This document shows positions 1 to 11,830 of a stretch of DNA of 18,492 nt, one piece after another. The stretch is from Candidatus Fervidifonticultor quintus. GTDB taxonomy: Bacteria; Sysuimicrobiota; Sysuimicrobiia; Sysuimicrobiales; Humicultoraceae. The notes under the pieces are model-generated. The model ran no database searches. It was given only the letters and a program-made list of their open reading frames with translations, and was not told where the DNA came from. The DNA lies in NCBI GenBank assembly GCA_031459535.1, contig JAVKIJ010000066.1, forward strand, positions 1 through 18,492. The letters run 5' to 3'. The position numbers were made by a program, and so were the translations under genes. The stretch's first letter is position 1; the number at the start of each line of letters is the position of its first letter.

Positions 1-2
1 TC

Positions 3-440
3 CTGTTCACCGTGCCAGGCGTCCGACTGGTCAGCCGCTTGATCCCCGGGCCGTTCCCCAACTACCAGCAGGTGATCCCTCAGGGATTCAAGCAGCGGAT
101 CACGGTGGGCACCGAGCGGCTGCTGGCGGCTGTGCGCCGCGTGGCGATCACGGCCCGCGACTCGGCCAACGTGGTGCGGCTGCAGGCGGCGGAAGACATG
201 CTCACGCTGGCGTCCAACACGCCGGAGTACGGCAGGTCGGAAGAGCGGATCCCCGTCCGCGCCGAGGGGGAACCGGTGCCGACCGCGTTCAACGCGCGCT
301 ACCTGATCGACTGCCTGTCCGTGCTGGAGTCCGACGAACTCACGGTGGAGCTAACCGGCCCCCTCAGCCCCGGAGCCCTGCGGCCCGTCGGCCAGCCGGA
401 CTACACGTACGTCCTGGCGCCGGTGCGCGTTGCCGCCTAG
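3..440 (+). CDS. dnaN: DNA polymerase III beta sliding clamp, C-terminal part (5' truncated by window)
   Basis: Frame is open from the window start. SRLIPGPFPNYQQVIP, FNARYLIDCL and YTYVLAPVR match beta-clamp domain III motifs; position upstream of yaaA-recF-gyrB is canonical. Confidence 0.95.
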   Translation: MFTVPGVRLVSRLIPGPFPNYQQVIPQGFKQRITVGTERLLAAVRRVAITARDSANVVRLQAAEDMLTLASNTPEYGRSEERIPVRAEGEPVPTAFNARYLIDCLSVLESDELTVELTGPLSPGALRPVGQPDYTYVLAPVRVAA

Positions 441-696
441 GCGGGCCGTCCGCATCCACACGGAGAGCATCGCCCTGGGAGCCCTGCTCAAGTGGGCCGG
501 GGTCGTGGGCACAGGTGGCGAGGCCAAGGCCATGATCGCTGCGCGCCGGGTGGCGGTCAACGGGCAGGTGGAGACCCGCCGCGGGCGGCGGTTGCGGGAC
601 GGCGATTTGGTGGCGGTGGCGGGCGGGCCGACATTGGTGGTGACGCGAGCACAGGATGTCCCGCCTCCGCAGGCTCTCCCTCAGGGCGTTTCGTAA
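430..696 (+). CDS. yaaA: S4-domain RNA-binding protein (YaaA family)
   Basis: IALGALLKWAGVVGTGGEAK...VAVNGQVETRRGRRLRDGDLV is the S4_2/YaaA pattern; lies between dnaN and recF. TTG start uncertain. Confidence 0.9.
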   Translation: MPPRRAVRIHTESIALGALLKWAGVVGTGGEAKAMIAARRVAVNGQVETRRGRRLRDGDLVAVAGGPTLVVTRAQDVPPPQALPQGVS

Positions 697-1765
697 CTAC
701 GCCCGCGCCGATCTGGAGTTCGGCGAGGGTACCACCGTCTTCGTAGGTCGCAACGGGCAGGGCAAGTCCAACCTGCTCGAGGCGGTCTACCTGGTTGCCA
801 CAGGGCGGTCGCACCGCACCAGCCGTGAGGCTGAGATGATCCGGTGGGGCGAGGACGCCGCGCGGATCCGGGCGCAGGTGTCACGAGGGGGCCGTGAAGA
901 GGAGCTGGAGATCACCCTGGTGCGAGAGGGCGAGCGGTGTGCCGTCCGGATGCGTGTGAACGGCACCCTCGCGCCTCGGGGCGCGGTGCTGGGCCGGCTC
1001 CCGGTGGTCATGGCGTCACCGTGGGACCTGGAGATCGTGCGTGGCAGCGGGGCCAGCCGACGGCGATTGCTGGACGGCGCGCTGGCGCAACTGTCGCCCG
1101 CCTACTTCTTCGCGTTGCACCGTTACCACCGGGTGCTGAGCCAACGCAACGCCCAGCTGCGGAGCCGCAGCGCCGGGAGCCTGGACCCCTGGGATGCACA
1201 GCTCACCGCGCTGGGCGTGCGGATAGCGGCTCATCGGGCCGGCTACGTGGAGCGCCTTCGGCCGCTCGCCCAGGCTTGGTTCGCTCGCTTGGGCGGGGAG
1301 GGGAGTCTGACCGTGGCTTACCGGCCTTCGTGGGAGGGAGCGACGGACGATCAGCGGCTGGAGACGGCGCGGGCGCTGATAGCCAGGCTGCGCGCCGATG
1401 AATATCGGCGGGGGATGACCTTGGCAGGGCCTCACAGGGACGATCTCGAGTTCGCCCTGGACGGCTTCCCCCTGCGTGCGATCGGGTCGCTGGGGCAGTG
1501 GCGGACCGCGATGCTCGCCTTGCGGCTGGCCGAGCGCGACGTGATGGCGGACGAGATGGGCACCGGCCCTGTCTTGCTCCTAGACGACGCCCTGGCAGAA
1601 CTGGACCCGGTGCGGCAGCGGCGCGTGCTCGGGGCCGACGAGCCGGGTCAGGTGCTGGCCACCGCCACCGCGCCGCCGGATACCGATCGCCCGGTGCGCT
1701 GGGCCGAGGTCGAGGCTGGCACGGTGACGGAGAGACCATGGTCACGCCCCTCCGCGATATCCTGA
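656..1765 (+). CDS. recF: DNA replication/repair protein RecF
   Basis: FRNY, Walker A GRNGQGKSN, GPHRDDL, signature GSLGQ and Walker B LLLDDALAELD; 369 aa. Confidence 0.97.
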   Translation: MSRLRRLSLRAFRNYARADLEFGEGTTVFVGRNGQGKSNLLEAVYLVATGRSHRTSREAEMIRWGEDAARIRAQVSRGGREEELEITLVREGERCAVRMRVNGTLAPRGAVLGRLPVVMASPWDLEIVRGSGASRRRLLDGALAQLSPAYFFALHRYHRVLSQRNAQLRSRSAGSLDPWDAQLTALGVRIAAHRAGYVERLRPLAQAWFARLGGEGSLTVAYRPSWEGATDDQRLETARALIARLRADEYRRGMTLAGPHRDDLEFALDGFPLRAIGSLGQWRTAMLALRLAERDVMADEMGTGPVLLLDDALAELDPVRQRRVLGADEPGQVLATATAPPDTDRPVRWAEVEAGTVTERPWSRPSAIS

Positions 1766-2082
1766 GGGCCGCCGCGCGCGCCTGGGGCATTGAGCCCGCC
1801 GCGCACCTCGCGTGTGCCCGGGGCGCGTGGCCTCGCATAGTCGGTGAGCCGCTGGCGGCGGTCAGTGCGCCGCTGAGCATTCGCGGCGGGCGGCTGCGCG
1901 TGGCCGTCAACCATCCAGCGGCCGCGCAGGAAGTCCGGCTGCGGGAGGGCGCCATCGCGGCCGCCCTGAACCGCGAGATCGGCGCGCAGGTCGTCACCGA
2001 AGTGGTCGCGGTGGCGCGGCGGCGGGTGCCCAAGGAGGACGGCGCGGCGGGACGCCGCGACCGCGGCCCCGCGAGGATGTAG
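1738..2082 (+). CDS. DUF721 / DciA-like protein
   Basis: ATG at 1738 with GGAGAG upstream; 114 aa; WPRIVG..LA.VSAP..IRGGRLRVAV..PAAAQEV pattern and basic low-complexity tail; typical position between recF and gyrB. Confidence 0.8.
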   Translation: MVTPLRDILRAAARAWGIEPAAHLACARGAWPRIVGEPLAAVSAPLSIRGGRLRVAVNHPAAAQEVRLREGAIAAALNREIGAQVVTEVVAVARRRVPKEDGAAGRRDRGPARM

Positions 2083-2102
2083 GGCTCGTTGGGAGATGGC
2101 CC

Positions 2103-4378
<2,276 letters not shown>

Positions 4379-4417
4379 CGCCCGTGGCGCGGCTCGCCGG
4401 CTAGGCCCACAGGAGCC

Positions 4418-6883
4418 ATGGCTACCGAAGAGCTGAAGATCGTCCCGCGACCCATCGAGGAGGAGATGAAGTCCTCCTACCTCGATTACGCCATGTCGGT
4501 CATTGTGAGTCGCGCCCTGCCCGACGTCCGGGACGGACTGAAGCCGGTCCAGCGGCGGATCCTCTACGGGATGCAGGAGCTGGGCGTACGGCCCGATGGG
4601 CCCTACCGCAAGAGCGCCCGCATCGTCGGCGAGGTGATGGGCAAACTGCACCCGCACGGCGATGTCCCCATCTACGATGCGCTGGTTCGCATGGCCCAGG
4701 AGTGGTCGTTTCGGTACCCTCTCGTGGACGGGCAGGGGAACTTCGGCAGCGTCGATGGGGACCCGGCGGGCGCCATGAGGTACACCGAAGCGCGGCTCTC
4801 GCCTGTGGCCGCCGAGCTCCTGGCGGATCTCGACAAAGAGACCGTGCCGTTCGTGCCCAACTTTGACGAGAGCATGAAGGAGCCCGCGGTCCTGCCGGCC
4901 CGGCTCCCCAACCTGCTGATGAACGGTGCCTCGGGGATCGCGGTAGGCATGGCCACCAACATCCCGCCCCACAACCTGTGCGAGGTCGTCGACGCCCTGG
5001 TGCGGCTGATCGACGACCCGAAGACGCCCACAGACGACCTGCTGCAGATCGTGAAGGGACCCGATTTCCCCACCGGCGGCATCATCCTGGGTCGGGACGG
5101 TATCAGAGGGGCCTACACCACCGGCCGCGGCAGCATCACCGTGCAGGCCAAGACTGCGTTTGAGGAGCTGCGGGGCGGGCGCATCGCCATCGTGGTCAGC
5201 GAGATCCCCTTCATGGTGAGCAAGGCGGCGCTGGTGCAGCGCATCGCTGAGCTGGTGCGCCAGAAGAAGCTGGTGGGCGTGGCTGACCTGCGCGACGAGT
5301 CGGACCGGCGCGGCCTGCGGGTGGTTATCGAGTTGCGGCGCGACGCCAACCCGCAGATCGTGCGCAACCAGCTCTTCAAGCACACGCAGATGCAGACCAC
5401 GTTCGGCGTCATCCTGCTGGCGCTGGCGGACGGCGCGCCCAGGCAGATGACGCTGCGGGAACTGCTGGAGCACTACCTGGCGCATCGCCGCGACGTGGTG
5501 GTTCGCCGCACGCGCTATGAACTGGCCCGGGCCGAGGAGCGCGCCCACATCCTGGAGGGCCTCAAGACGGCCCTGGCACACCTCGATGAGGTCATCGCGC
5601 TCATCCGCAGGGCGAAGGATGTACCGAGCGCACGGGCCGGTCTGATGAAGACCTTCGAGCTCAGCGAGCCGCAGGCGGATGCCATCCTGGAGATGCGGCT
5701 GCAACGCCTGACCCAACTCGAGCGCGAGAAGGTCGAGCAGGAGTACAAGGAGCTGCTCAAGCGAATCGCGCGTTTCAAGGAGATGCTGGCAGACGCCACA
5801 TCGCCCCGCCCGCGGCTGATCATGGCCAGCATCAGGGAGGACTTGCTGGCGCTCAAGGAGCAGTACGGGGACGCCCGCCGCACGAAGATCACGAGCCGCG
5901 AGGCCGAGGAGTTCGAGGCCGAGGACCTCATTCCCGACACCGACGTGGTTATCACCCTGACGCGCAACACGTACATCAAGCGCATGCCGCTGGAGACCTA
6001 CCGCCTGCAGCGCCGCGGGACCCGCGGCGTCGCCGGAATGGCCACCAGGGAGGAGGATGTCGTCGAACACATCGCGGTCACCACGAACCACGCCTTTCTC
6101 CTCTTCTTTACCAACCGGGGCAAGGTGTACCGGATCAAGGCCCACGAAGTGCCGGAGGCCGGCCGCACGGCCCGCGGGCTGCCGGTGGTCAACCTGATCA
6201 CCATCGCCCAGGGTGAGCGGGTCACAGCCATTATTCCGCTGCGGTCGTTCGAGGAGGCGGGCTGGCTGTTCATGGCGACGCGGCGGGGCGTGGTCAAGAA
6301 GACCGGGCTGATGGAGTTCGTGAACGCCAAGCGCGCCGGGATCTTCGCGATCACCCTGGAGGGCGACGACGAGCTGGTCGGCGTGCGCCACATTCAGAGG
6401 GAGACCGAGATCGCCCTGGCCACGCGCAACGGCCGCGCCATCCGGTTTCGGGCCAGCCAGGTGCGCGAGATGGGCCGGACCGCCAAGGGTGTCATCGGGA
6501 TCCGTCTGCGCGACGACGACCGGGTGGTGGGGGTGGCGGACTCCACCGAGGGCCAGTATCTGCTCACGGTGACCGAGCGCGGTTATGGGAAGCGCACGCC
6601 GTTCGCGCAGTACCCGGTGAAGCACCGGGGCGGCATGGGTGTCATCAACATTAAGATCACCAGGCGCAACGGCCCGGTGGCCGCGGTCCGCGCGGTTGAT
6701 GAGGACGACGAGGTCCTCCTCATCTCGGCCACGGGTATCGTCAACCGGTTTACCGTGAGGGAGATCGCGGTCCACGGGCGGGGAGCGCAGGGGGTGGCGG
6801 TCAAGCGACTCGAGGAAGGCGATCGCGTGACCGCGGTGGCCCGCATCCGGGCCCGGGACGAGAAGGAGTCGGTCTCAGGATGA
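4418..6883 (+). CDS. gyrA: DNA gyrase subunit A
   Basis: [33 protein letters not shown], catalytic Tyr122 in AMRYTE, GyrA-box variant QRRGTRG (6008-6028), beta-pinwheel CTD repeats; AGGAG RBS. Confidence 0.98.
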   Translation: MATEELKIVPRPIEEEMKSSYLDYAMSVIVSRALPDVRDGLKPVQRRILYGMQELGVRPDGPYRKSARIVGEVMGKLHPHGDVPIYDALVRMAQEWSFRYPLVDGQGNFGSVDGDPAGAMRYTEARLSPVAAELLADLDKETVPFVPNFDESMKEPAVLPARLPNLLMNGASGIAVGMATNIPPHNLCEVVDALVRLIDDPKTPTDDLLQIVKGPDFPTGGIILGRDGIRGAYTTGRGSITVQAKTAFEELRGGRIAIVVSEIPFMVSKAALVQRIAELVRQKKLVGVADLRDESDRRGLRVVIELRRDANPQIVRNQLFKHTQMQTTFGVILLALADGAPRQMTLRELLEHYLAHRRDVVVRRTRYELARAEERAHILEGLKTALAHLDEVIALIRRAKDVPSARAGLMKTFELSEPQADAILEMRLQRLTQLEREKVEQEYKELLKRIARFKEMLADATSPRPRLIMASIREDLLALKEQYGDARRTKITSREAEEFEAEDLIPDTDVVITLTRNTYIKRMPLETYRLQRRGTRGVAGMATREEDVVEHIAVTTNHAFLLFFTNRGKVYRIKAHEVPEAGRTARGLPVVNLITIAQGERVTAIIPLRSFEEAGWLFMATRRGVVKKTGLMEFVNAKRAGIFAITLEGDDELVGVRHIQRETEIALATRNGRAIRFRASQVREMGRTAKGVIGIRLRDDDRVVGVADSTEGQYLLTVTERGYGKRTPFAQYPVKHRGGMGVINIKITRRNGPVAAVRAVDEDDEVLLISATGIVNRFTVREIAVHGRGAQGVAVKRLEEGDRVTAVARIRARDEKESVSG

Positions 6884-7509
6884 GGGCGGGTCGCTGGGCC
6901 CAGGCCGTTGCCGTGCTGGCGGGCACCGTGCTGCTGCACGAGATCGCGCATGCTATCGCGGCCCGGCGGGTAGGCGGAGCGGTCCGCGAGCTCGGCGTCG
7001 GCTTCGGGCCCCCTCTCGCCCGCCGGCGCGTCTGCGGGGTGAACGTGAGCCTGCGGCCCCTTCCCCTGGGAGGATTCGCGGCCATCGAGGTGGAGAAGCT
7101 GCCGCCGGCCCTGCGGCTGCCTGTGCTGTTGGCCGCGCCCCTAACCAACATCGCCGTGGGCCTGGGGCTCCGGATGATCGCGCGACCGACGCGGCCGGCC
7201 ACGCTGCCGGGGCAGATGCGGCCCCTGGAGGTCGGCGGGGTGCTGGCCGCGCTGGCCATGTTGCGAGGGGCCGCTGGCAGGGGGCCGGCCACACTGGCCC
7301 GCGCAGCCGGCGACCTCAATCTCAGCGTCGGCCTGGCCAACCTGCTCCCGTTGCTCCCGCTCGATGGGGGCCATCTGGCCGCCGCCCAACTGGAGGCTGC
7401 CGGCGCGAGCCCGGCTGCGGTGCACGCATTCCGCCAGCTCAGCCTGGCCCTGTTCGCATCTCTGGCCCTGAGAGTAGTCGTGGCGGATCTGGGACGCTTG
7501 GCGAGGTGA
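6880..7509 (+). CDS. Site-2 protease, peptidase M50 family (RseP-like, no PDZ domain)
   Basis: HExxH (HEIAH), GFGP loop, PLGGF and [11 protein letters not shown] motifs; ATGA overlap with the gyrA stop. Confidence 0.85.
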   Translation: MRAGRWAQAVAVLAGTVLLHEIAHAIAARRVGGAVRELGVGFGPPLARRRVCGVNVSLRPLPLGGFAAIEVEKLPPALRLPVLLAAPLTNIAVGLGLRMIARPTRPATLPGQMRPLEVGGVLAALAMLRGAAGRGPATLARAAGDLNLSVGLANLLPLLPLDGGHLAAAQLEAAGASPAAVHAFRQLSLALFASLALRVVVADLGRLAR

Positions 7510-7514
7510 GAGGC

Positions 7515-7973
7515 ATGGATCCCTGGGTGGCGCCGTACCTGCGCGTTCTCGAAGACCTTCGCGCGCAGCTGCTGGACGCGGTGCGAGGATTGGACGACGC
7601 GCAACTCAACCGGGCGGTGCCCGGGCTGCGCAACACGGCCGGCATGGTACTGCGGCACGTGGCCGGGTCGGAGCGGTACTGGGTAGGCGAGGTGGCTGGC
7701 GGGAGGCCCGCGCACCGCGACCGGGAGGCAGAATTCGGGCCGGACCCCGTGCGGAAGACCGAGGTCCTCGCGGAGATCGATCGCGTCGCCGCCGCCACCC
7801 GCCAGGTACTGGAGCGGCTGGCGGCAGCTGACCTCATGCACGAGGTCGAGGTGCGCCGCGCCCAGGGCACGGGCAGGGAGACCAAGGCCGGTGCGCTGCT
7901 GCACGCGATCCAGCACCTGGCGTATCATCTCGGCCAGATCAGGTACCTGGTCAAGCTGCTGCAGACGCCCTGA
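7515..7973 (+). CDS. DinB/DUF664-family protein
   Basis: GLDDAQLN...NTAGMVLRHVAGSERYW and HAIQHLAYHLGQI give the DinB His triad. Start is ATG 7515 (GAGAGG upstream) or GTG 7506 overlapping the previous stop. Confidence 0.85.
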   Translation: MDPWVAPYLRVLEDLRAQLLDAVRGLDDAQLNRAVPGLRNTAGMVLRHVAGSERYWVGEVAGGRPAHRDREAEFGPDPVRKTEVLAEIDRVAAATRQVLERLAAADLMHEVEVRRAQGTGRETKAGALLHAIQHLAYHLGQIRYLVKLLQTP

Positions 7974-7998
7974 GACGGATCGTGGCGGGGGCGCACGG

Positions 7999-9579
7999 TC
8001 AGCGCGGAGCCATCCACGTCCGGCGCAGGTAGAGGTACGACTGGTTCTGCTGGTGCTCGAAGCCCTGCACGTGCTTGCGGGTGGCCTCGAACGTCGTGGA
8101 GTGGAACAGCATCACCATCGGCACCAGCTCCAGGGCCCGGAGTTGGGCCTGATCGTAGATGCGTTTGCGCTGCCGTTCGTCCGAGATCGTCTGGCCCTCC
8201 TCGATCAGCCTGTCGAACGTGGCGTCGGAGAAGTTCACGAAGTTGCGCCGGTCGCCTGTCTTGAAGTTGGTGTACAGATAGTCATCGGGATCCACCTGGC
8301 CCGATGTGCCCAGCAAGGTGAGCGCATACTGCTTGGCGGCCACCGTGGGCAGGTAGACGCTCCAGTCGGCGGCTCGGATGCGCAGCCGGATGCCGATGCG
8401 CGCCAGTTGCGCCTGGATGATCTCTGCCGGCGTTCGCAGGAAGTCATAGGTGCTGGTCACGTAGAACTCGGCCTCGAAGCCGTTGGGGTGTCCGGCTTCC
8501 GCCAGCAGGCGCCTCGCCCTGTCCAGGTCCACCTTGTCGTAGACCACCTTGCTGACCGCATAGTAGTTGCCCGGCGGGATCACGAATCCCGTGGCCTCGA
8601 TCCCTCCCACGCCGAAGAGCGCGGTCTCGATGATCTCCTTGCGGTTGACCGCCCAGGCCATGGCCTGCCGCACCTTGGGGTTGTTGAACGGGGCCACGGC
8701 GTTGTTGATGTAGATGGCGCGGAAGTTGGCCGAGGGGCCGCCGAGCACTTCGATGTTCGGGTCGGCCCGGAGGGTCCGCACCTCGGAGGAGGGGACGTAC
8801 TCGATGAAGTCCACGGTCCCGGTCCGCAGGGCGGTCGCCCGCGCCACCGCGTCGGGGAAGAAGACGAACTCAATGCGATCCAGGTACGGCAGCCGCCGAC
8901 CGGTCGCGTCGGTCTCCCAGTAGTCGCCGCTGCGCACCAGTACCAGCCGCTGCTGGGGCGTGTACCCCACAAACCGGAACGGTCCCGTCCCCGTGGGGCT
9001 GGCCTGCATCTCGTCCCGCTCGACGACCTCCCTGGCCACGATGGCCGATGACAGAATCGAGGACAGCTTGGCGAGTAGGGGCGCGAAGGGTTTCTTGAGC
9101 CGGAAGACGACCGTGTGCGGGTCGGGGGCCGTCACCGTGTCCACGTCGACGAAGTTGCCGGCCCAGGGCGAGCGCGTGCGCGGATCGCGCACCCGGTTGA
9201 TGGAGTACACCACGTCGTCGGCCGTCATGGGGCGCCCGTTGTGGAACTTGACAGTACGCCTCAGCGCGAACGTCCAGGTCAGGCCATCCTGCGACGTGCG
9301 CCAGGACTCCGCCAGGCCCGGTATGAACCGGCCCTCAGGGCTCACGAAGACCAGCGTGTCGTAGATGTGCTCGATCATGTTCTTCGTGGCCGTGGCGGTG
9401 GACAGGTGTGGGTCGAGCCCCACCGGGTCGGTCTGCATGCCGATCCGCAGGGTGCCTCCGTACCGTGGCCCGGCGGGTTGCGCACCGGCCGGGCCGAGGC
9501 CCCACGGTGCGATGCTGGCGGCCTGGAGGCCGAGCGTCGTCACCAATCCCAACACGACGAGTGGTATCGTCTTTCTCAT
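7999..9579 (-). CDS. ABC transporter substrate-binding protein, family 5 (peptide/nickel, OppA/DppA-like)
   Basis: Signal peptide, GGTLRIG, LDPH, PGLAESW, KFHNGRPMTADDVVYS, GTGPF and PFNNPKVRQA motifs. Confidence 0.93.
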   Translation of the reverse strand: MRKTIPLVVLGLVTTLGLQAASIAPWGLGPAGAQPAGPRYGGTLRIGMQTDPVGLDPHLSTATATKNMIEHIYDTLVFVSPEGRFIPGLAESWRTSQDGLTWTFALRRTVKFHNGRPMTADDVVYSINRVRDPRTRSPWAGNFVDVDTVTAPDPHTVVFRLKKPFAPLLAKLSSILSSAIVAREVVERDEMQASPTGTGPFRFVGYTPQQRLVLVRSGDYWETDATGRRLPYLDRIEFVFFPDAVARATALRTGTVDFIEYVPSSEVRTLRADPNIEVLGGPSANFRAIYINNAVAPFNNPKVRQAMAWAVNRKEIIETALFGVGGIEATGFVIPPGNYYAVSKVVYDKVDLDRARRLLAEAGHPNGFEAEFYVTSTYDFLRTPAEIIQAQLARIGIRLRIRAADWSVYLPTVAAKQYALTLLGTSGQVDPDDYLYTNFKTGDRRNFVNFSDATFDRLIEEGQTISDERQRKRIYDQAQLRALELVPMVMLFHSTTFEATRKHVQGFEHQQNQSYLYLRRTWMAPR

Positions 9580-9600
9580 GGTGCACCCCCTGGCAGTGGT

Positions 9601-10485
9601 CTAGCGTACCTGCGTGTGCGGGTCGAGCGCGTCGCGGATTCCGTCGCCGAACAGGTTGAACCCCAGGACCGTCACCGTGATAGCCAGGCCGGGGCCGATC
9701 GCCGGCCAGGACGAGAAGGACATCACCGCGCGGCCCTCGGCGATCATCTGGCCCCAGGTCGGCGCCGGCGGCTGGGTGCCCAGCCCAAGAAACGAGAGCG
9801 CTGCTTCGGCCAGGATCGCCAGGGCCAGCCGCAGGGTACTCTCCACCACGACGGGCGCCGCCGCGTTGGGCAACACGTGCTGGCACAGGATCCGCCCGTC
9901 CCCGGCCCCCAACGCCAGAGCGGCGTCTACATACTCTTCGTGCCGGACCGCCAGCACCGCCGCCCGGGCGACGCGAGCCATGGGCGCAGTGTAGATGATG
10001 GCGATGGCTAAGACCACGTTCCAGAACCCCCCGCCCAGGAAGGCCAACAGGCCGATCGCCAGGAGGATTGCCGGGAACGCCAGCAGGACGTCGGAGATCC
10101 GCATCACGATCGCGTCGAACCACCCGCCCCAGAATCCGGCCAGGGCGCCCATGGTGCCGCCGACGGCGAGCGCGAGGCCCACGGAGAGCGCGCCGACCGC
10201 CAGCGAGATGCGGCCACCGTACATCACCCGGGCGAACGTGTCCCGGCCGTAGAGATCACTGCCAAGGGGGTGCTCGCGGCTAGGAGGCGCCAGCCGCTGG
10301 TCCGGTGCGATCTTGACCGGGTCGTATGGCGACAGGACCGGCGCGAAGACAGCCCCGAAGACCATTAGCGCCAGCAGCGCGCTGCCGATCCGGGCGCTGG
10401 GATGCCGCGACAGCCGGTTGCCGATCCCGGCCCGCCGACGCGGCGTCCAGCTAACCGTACCGGATGCGAGGGTCGAGGACGCCAT
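9601..10485 (-). CDS. ABC transporter permease (OppC/DppC-like)
   Basis: HPLGSDLYGRD, EAA-loop EEYVDAALALGA...HVLPN, LSFLGLG..PP.PTWG and NLFGDGIRDALDP. Confidence 0.93.
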   Translation of the reverse strand: MASSTLASGTVSWTPRRRAGIGNRLSRHPSARIGSALLALMVFGAVFAPVLSPYDPVKIAPDQRLAPPSREHPLGSDLYGRDTFARVMYGGRISLAVGALSVGLALAVGGTMGALAGFWGGWFDAIVMRISDVLLAFPAILLAIGLLAFLGGGFWNVVLAIAIIYTAPMARVARAAVLAVRHEEYVDAALALGAGDGRILCQHVLPNAAAPVVVESTLRLALAILAEAALSFLGLGTQPPAPTWGQMIAEGRAVMSFSSWPAIGPGLAITVTVLGFNLFGDGIRDALDPHTQVR

Positions 10486-11401
10486 AGCACAGATCGACGA
10501 ACAGGTTCATCACGGTGAACGCCAGCGCGATAGCCAGCACCGCGCCCTGCACCACCGGGTAGTCGCGCAGATTGATGCCCTCCAGCGCGTAGCGGCCAAT
10601 GCCCGGCAGGCTGAAGATCTGCTCGATGATGACCGTGCCGCCCAGCAGTGTGCCAAACTGGAGCCCGACGACCGTCACGACCGGGATGAGGGCGTTGCGC
10701 AGCGCATGGCGGAGAACCACGGCCCTCTCCCACAGACCCTTGGCGCGCGCGGTGCGGATGTAGTGCCGGCCCAACACCTCCAACAGGCTGCTGCGCACGA
10801 TGCGGGTGCTGGCCGCGGCCAGGATCAGCCCCAAAGAGAGCGCTGGCAGAATCATGTGGCGCAGGTTGTCGACGACACTCTCCCCTGGCGACACGTAGCC
10901 CGTGGGCGGCAACCAGCCCAGGCGCAGCGCGAACAGGAGGATGAGGAGCACGGCCAGCCAGAACGAGGGGACTGAGAGGCCGAGGAGGACGAAGCCGGTG
11001 GCCAGATAGTCAGCAAACCGTCCACGCCTCAGCGCGGCCAGGGTCCCGACAGGCAAGCCGATGGCTACAGCCACCAGGAGGCCCATCACGGCCAGCTGGA
11101 CCGTCACGGGGAAGCGGCGGGCCAGCTCTGGACCGACGGCGCGGCCGGTGCGCAGTGACTTGCCGAGGTCGCCAGCGGCCACGGTGCGCACATACTCCGC
11201 GAACTGCACTGGCAGGGGCCGGTCGAGCCCGAACAGCCGGCGGAGCTCCTCGACCCGCTTGGGCGAAATGGCGGCTTCCAGCCCGATCAACTGCGTGACC
11301 ACGTCGCCGGGCACCAGCCGGATGAGCATGAACACCGCCAGCAGGACGCCCAGGACCGTCGGAACGGTCAGAACGAGCCGGCGGACCACATAGACCCCCA
11401 C
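10451..11401 (-). CDS. ABC transporter permease (OppB/DppB-like)
   Basis: LVPGD, FGLDRPL, GDLGKS, PSFW, YIRTARAKGL...RHALRNALIP, RDYPVVQG and LDPRIRY. Likely GTG start at 11401 with GGAGG 6 nt upstream. Confidence 0.93.
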   Translation of the reverse strand: MGVYVVRRLVLTVPTVLGVLLAVFMLIRLVPGDVVTQLIGLEAAISPKRVEELRRLFGLDRPLPVQFAEYVRTVAAGDLGKSLRTGRAVGPELARRFPVTVQLAVMGLLVAVAIGLPVGTLAALRRGRFADYLATGFVLLGLSVPSFWLAVLLILLFALRLGWLPPTGYVSPGESVVDNLRHMILPALSLGLILAAASTRIVRSSLLEVLGRHYIRTARAKGLWERAVVLRHALRNALIPVVTVVGLQFGTLLGGTVIIEQIFSLPGIGRYALEGINLRDYPVVQGAVLAIALAFTVMNLFVDLCYGVLDPRIRYG

Positions 11402-11490
11402 ATGCAACCTCCGGTGTCAGCGGTGTGTCAAGGTTCACAGAATACGCCGGGCGCGCGGCAACCCCTCTCGTGGTCGCGCGGCTGTCTGAC

Positions 11491-11499
11491 TGGTAAGAT
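11491..11499 (+). promoter_or_regulatory. Candidate extended -10 element for the phosphatase gene
   Basis: TGgTAAGAT ends 10 nt before ATG 11510; no SD sequence, so the leader would be very short. Confidence 0.4.
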
Positions 11500-11509
11500 A
11501 GTGCGCGGC

Positions 11510-11830
11510 ATGACAGCCACCGCCATCTATCTCATCCGTCACGCCGAGACCACGTGGAATGCCGAGCGGCGATTCCAGGGCACCCTCGATGCACCGCTGA
11601 GCCCGCGCGGAGTGCGACAGGTAGCGGCTCTCGCGGCCGCGCTGCGGGACGTGCCGCTGGCAGCCGTGTACACGAGCCCGATGATGGGCGCGCCACTGTC
11701 GGCGTACTGGCGGATCCGGCAGCACAACGCTGCTTACAACGTGGTCGAAGTCGAAGAGGGCCGAACGCGGGTGCTGGTGCTCAACGAGATCTCACATCTG
11801 GACGAGCACGCCTGGCATCCCGCCTCGTGA
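11510..11830 (+). pseudogene. Histidine phosphatase (phosphoglycerate mutase family) with a large in-frame internal deletion
   Basis: N-terminus YLIRHAETTWN...QG..DAPLS.RG...VYTSP joins directly to C-terminal-type MGAPLSAYWRI..HNA...LNEISHL. Only 106 aa; the central SxxxRA, E and SHG motifs are absent. Confidence 0.7.

Noticed and set aside
7974..7998. Bidirectional terminator between DinB and the binding-protein gene
   Set aside because: Only a weak mismatched stem and no T-tract on either strand.
7891..9051. 386-aa + strand ORF, and similar long overlapping ORFs (6801-7928, 11781-13025, 16916-17911)
   Set aside because: Antisense or off-frame shadows of well-supported genes, with no domain signatures.
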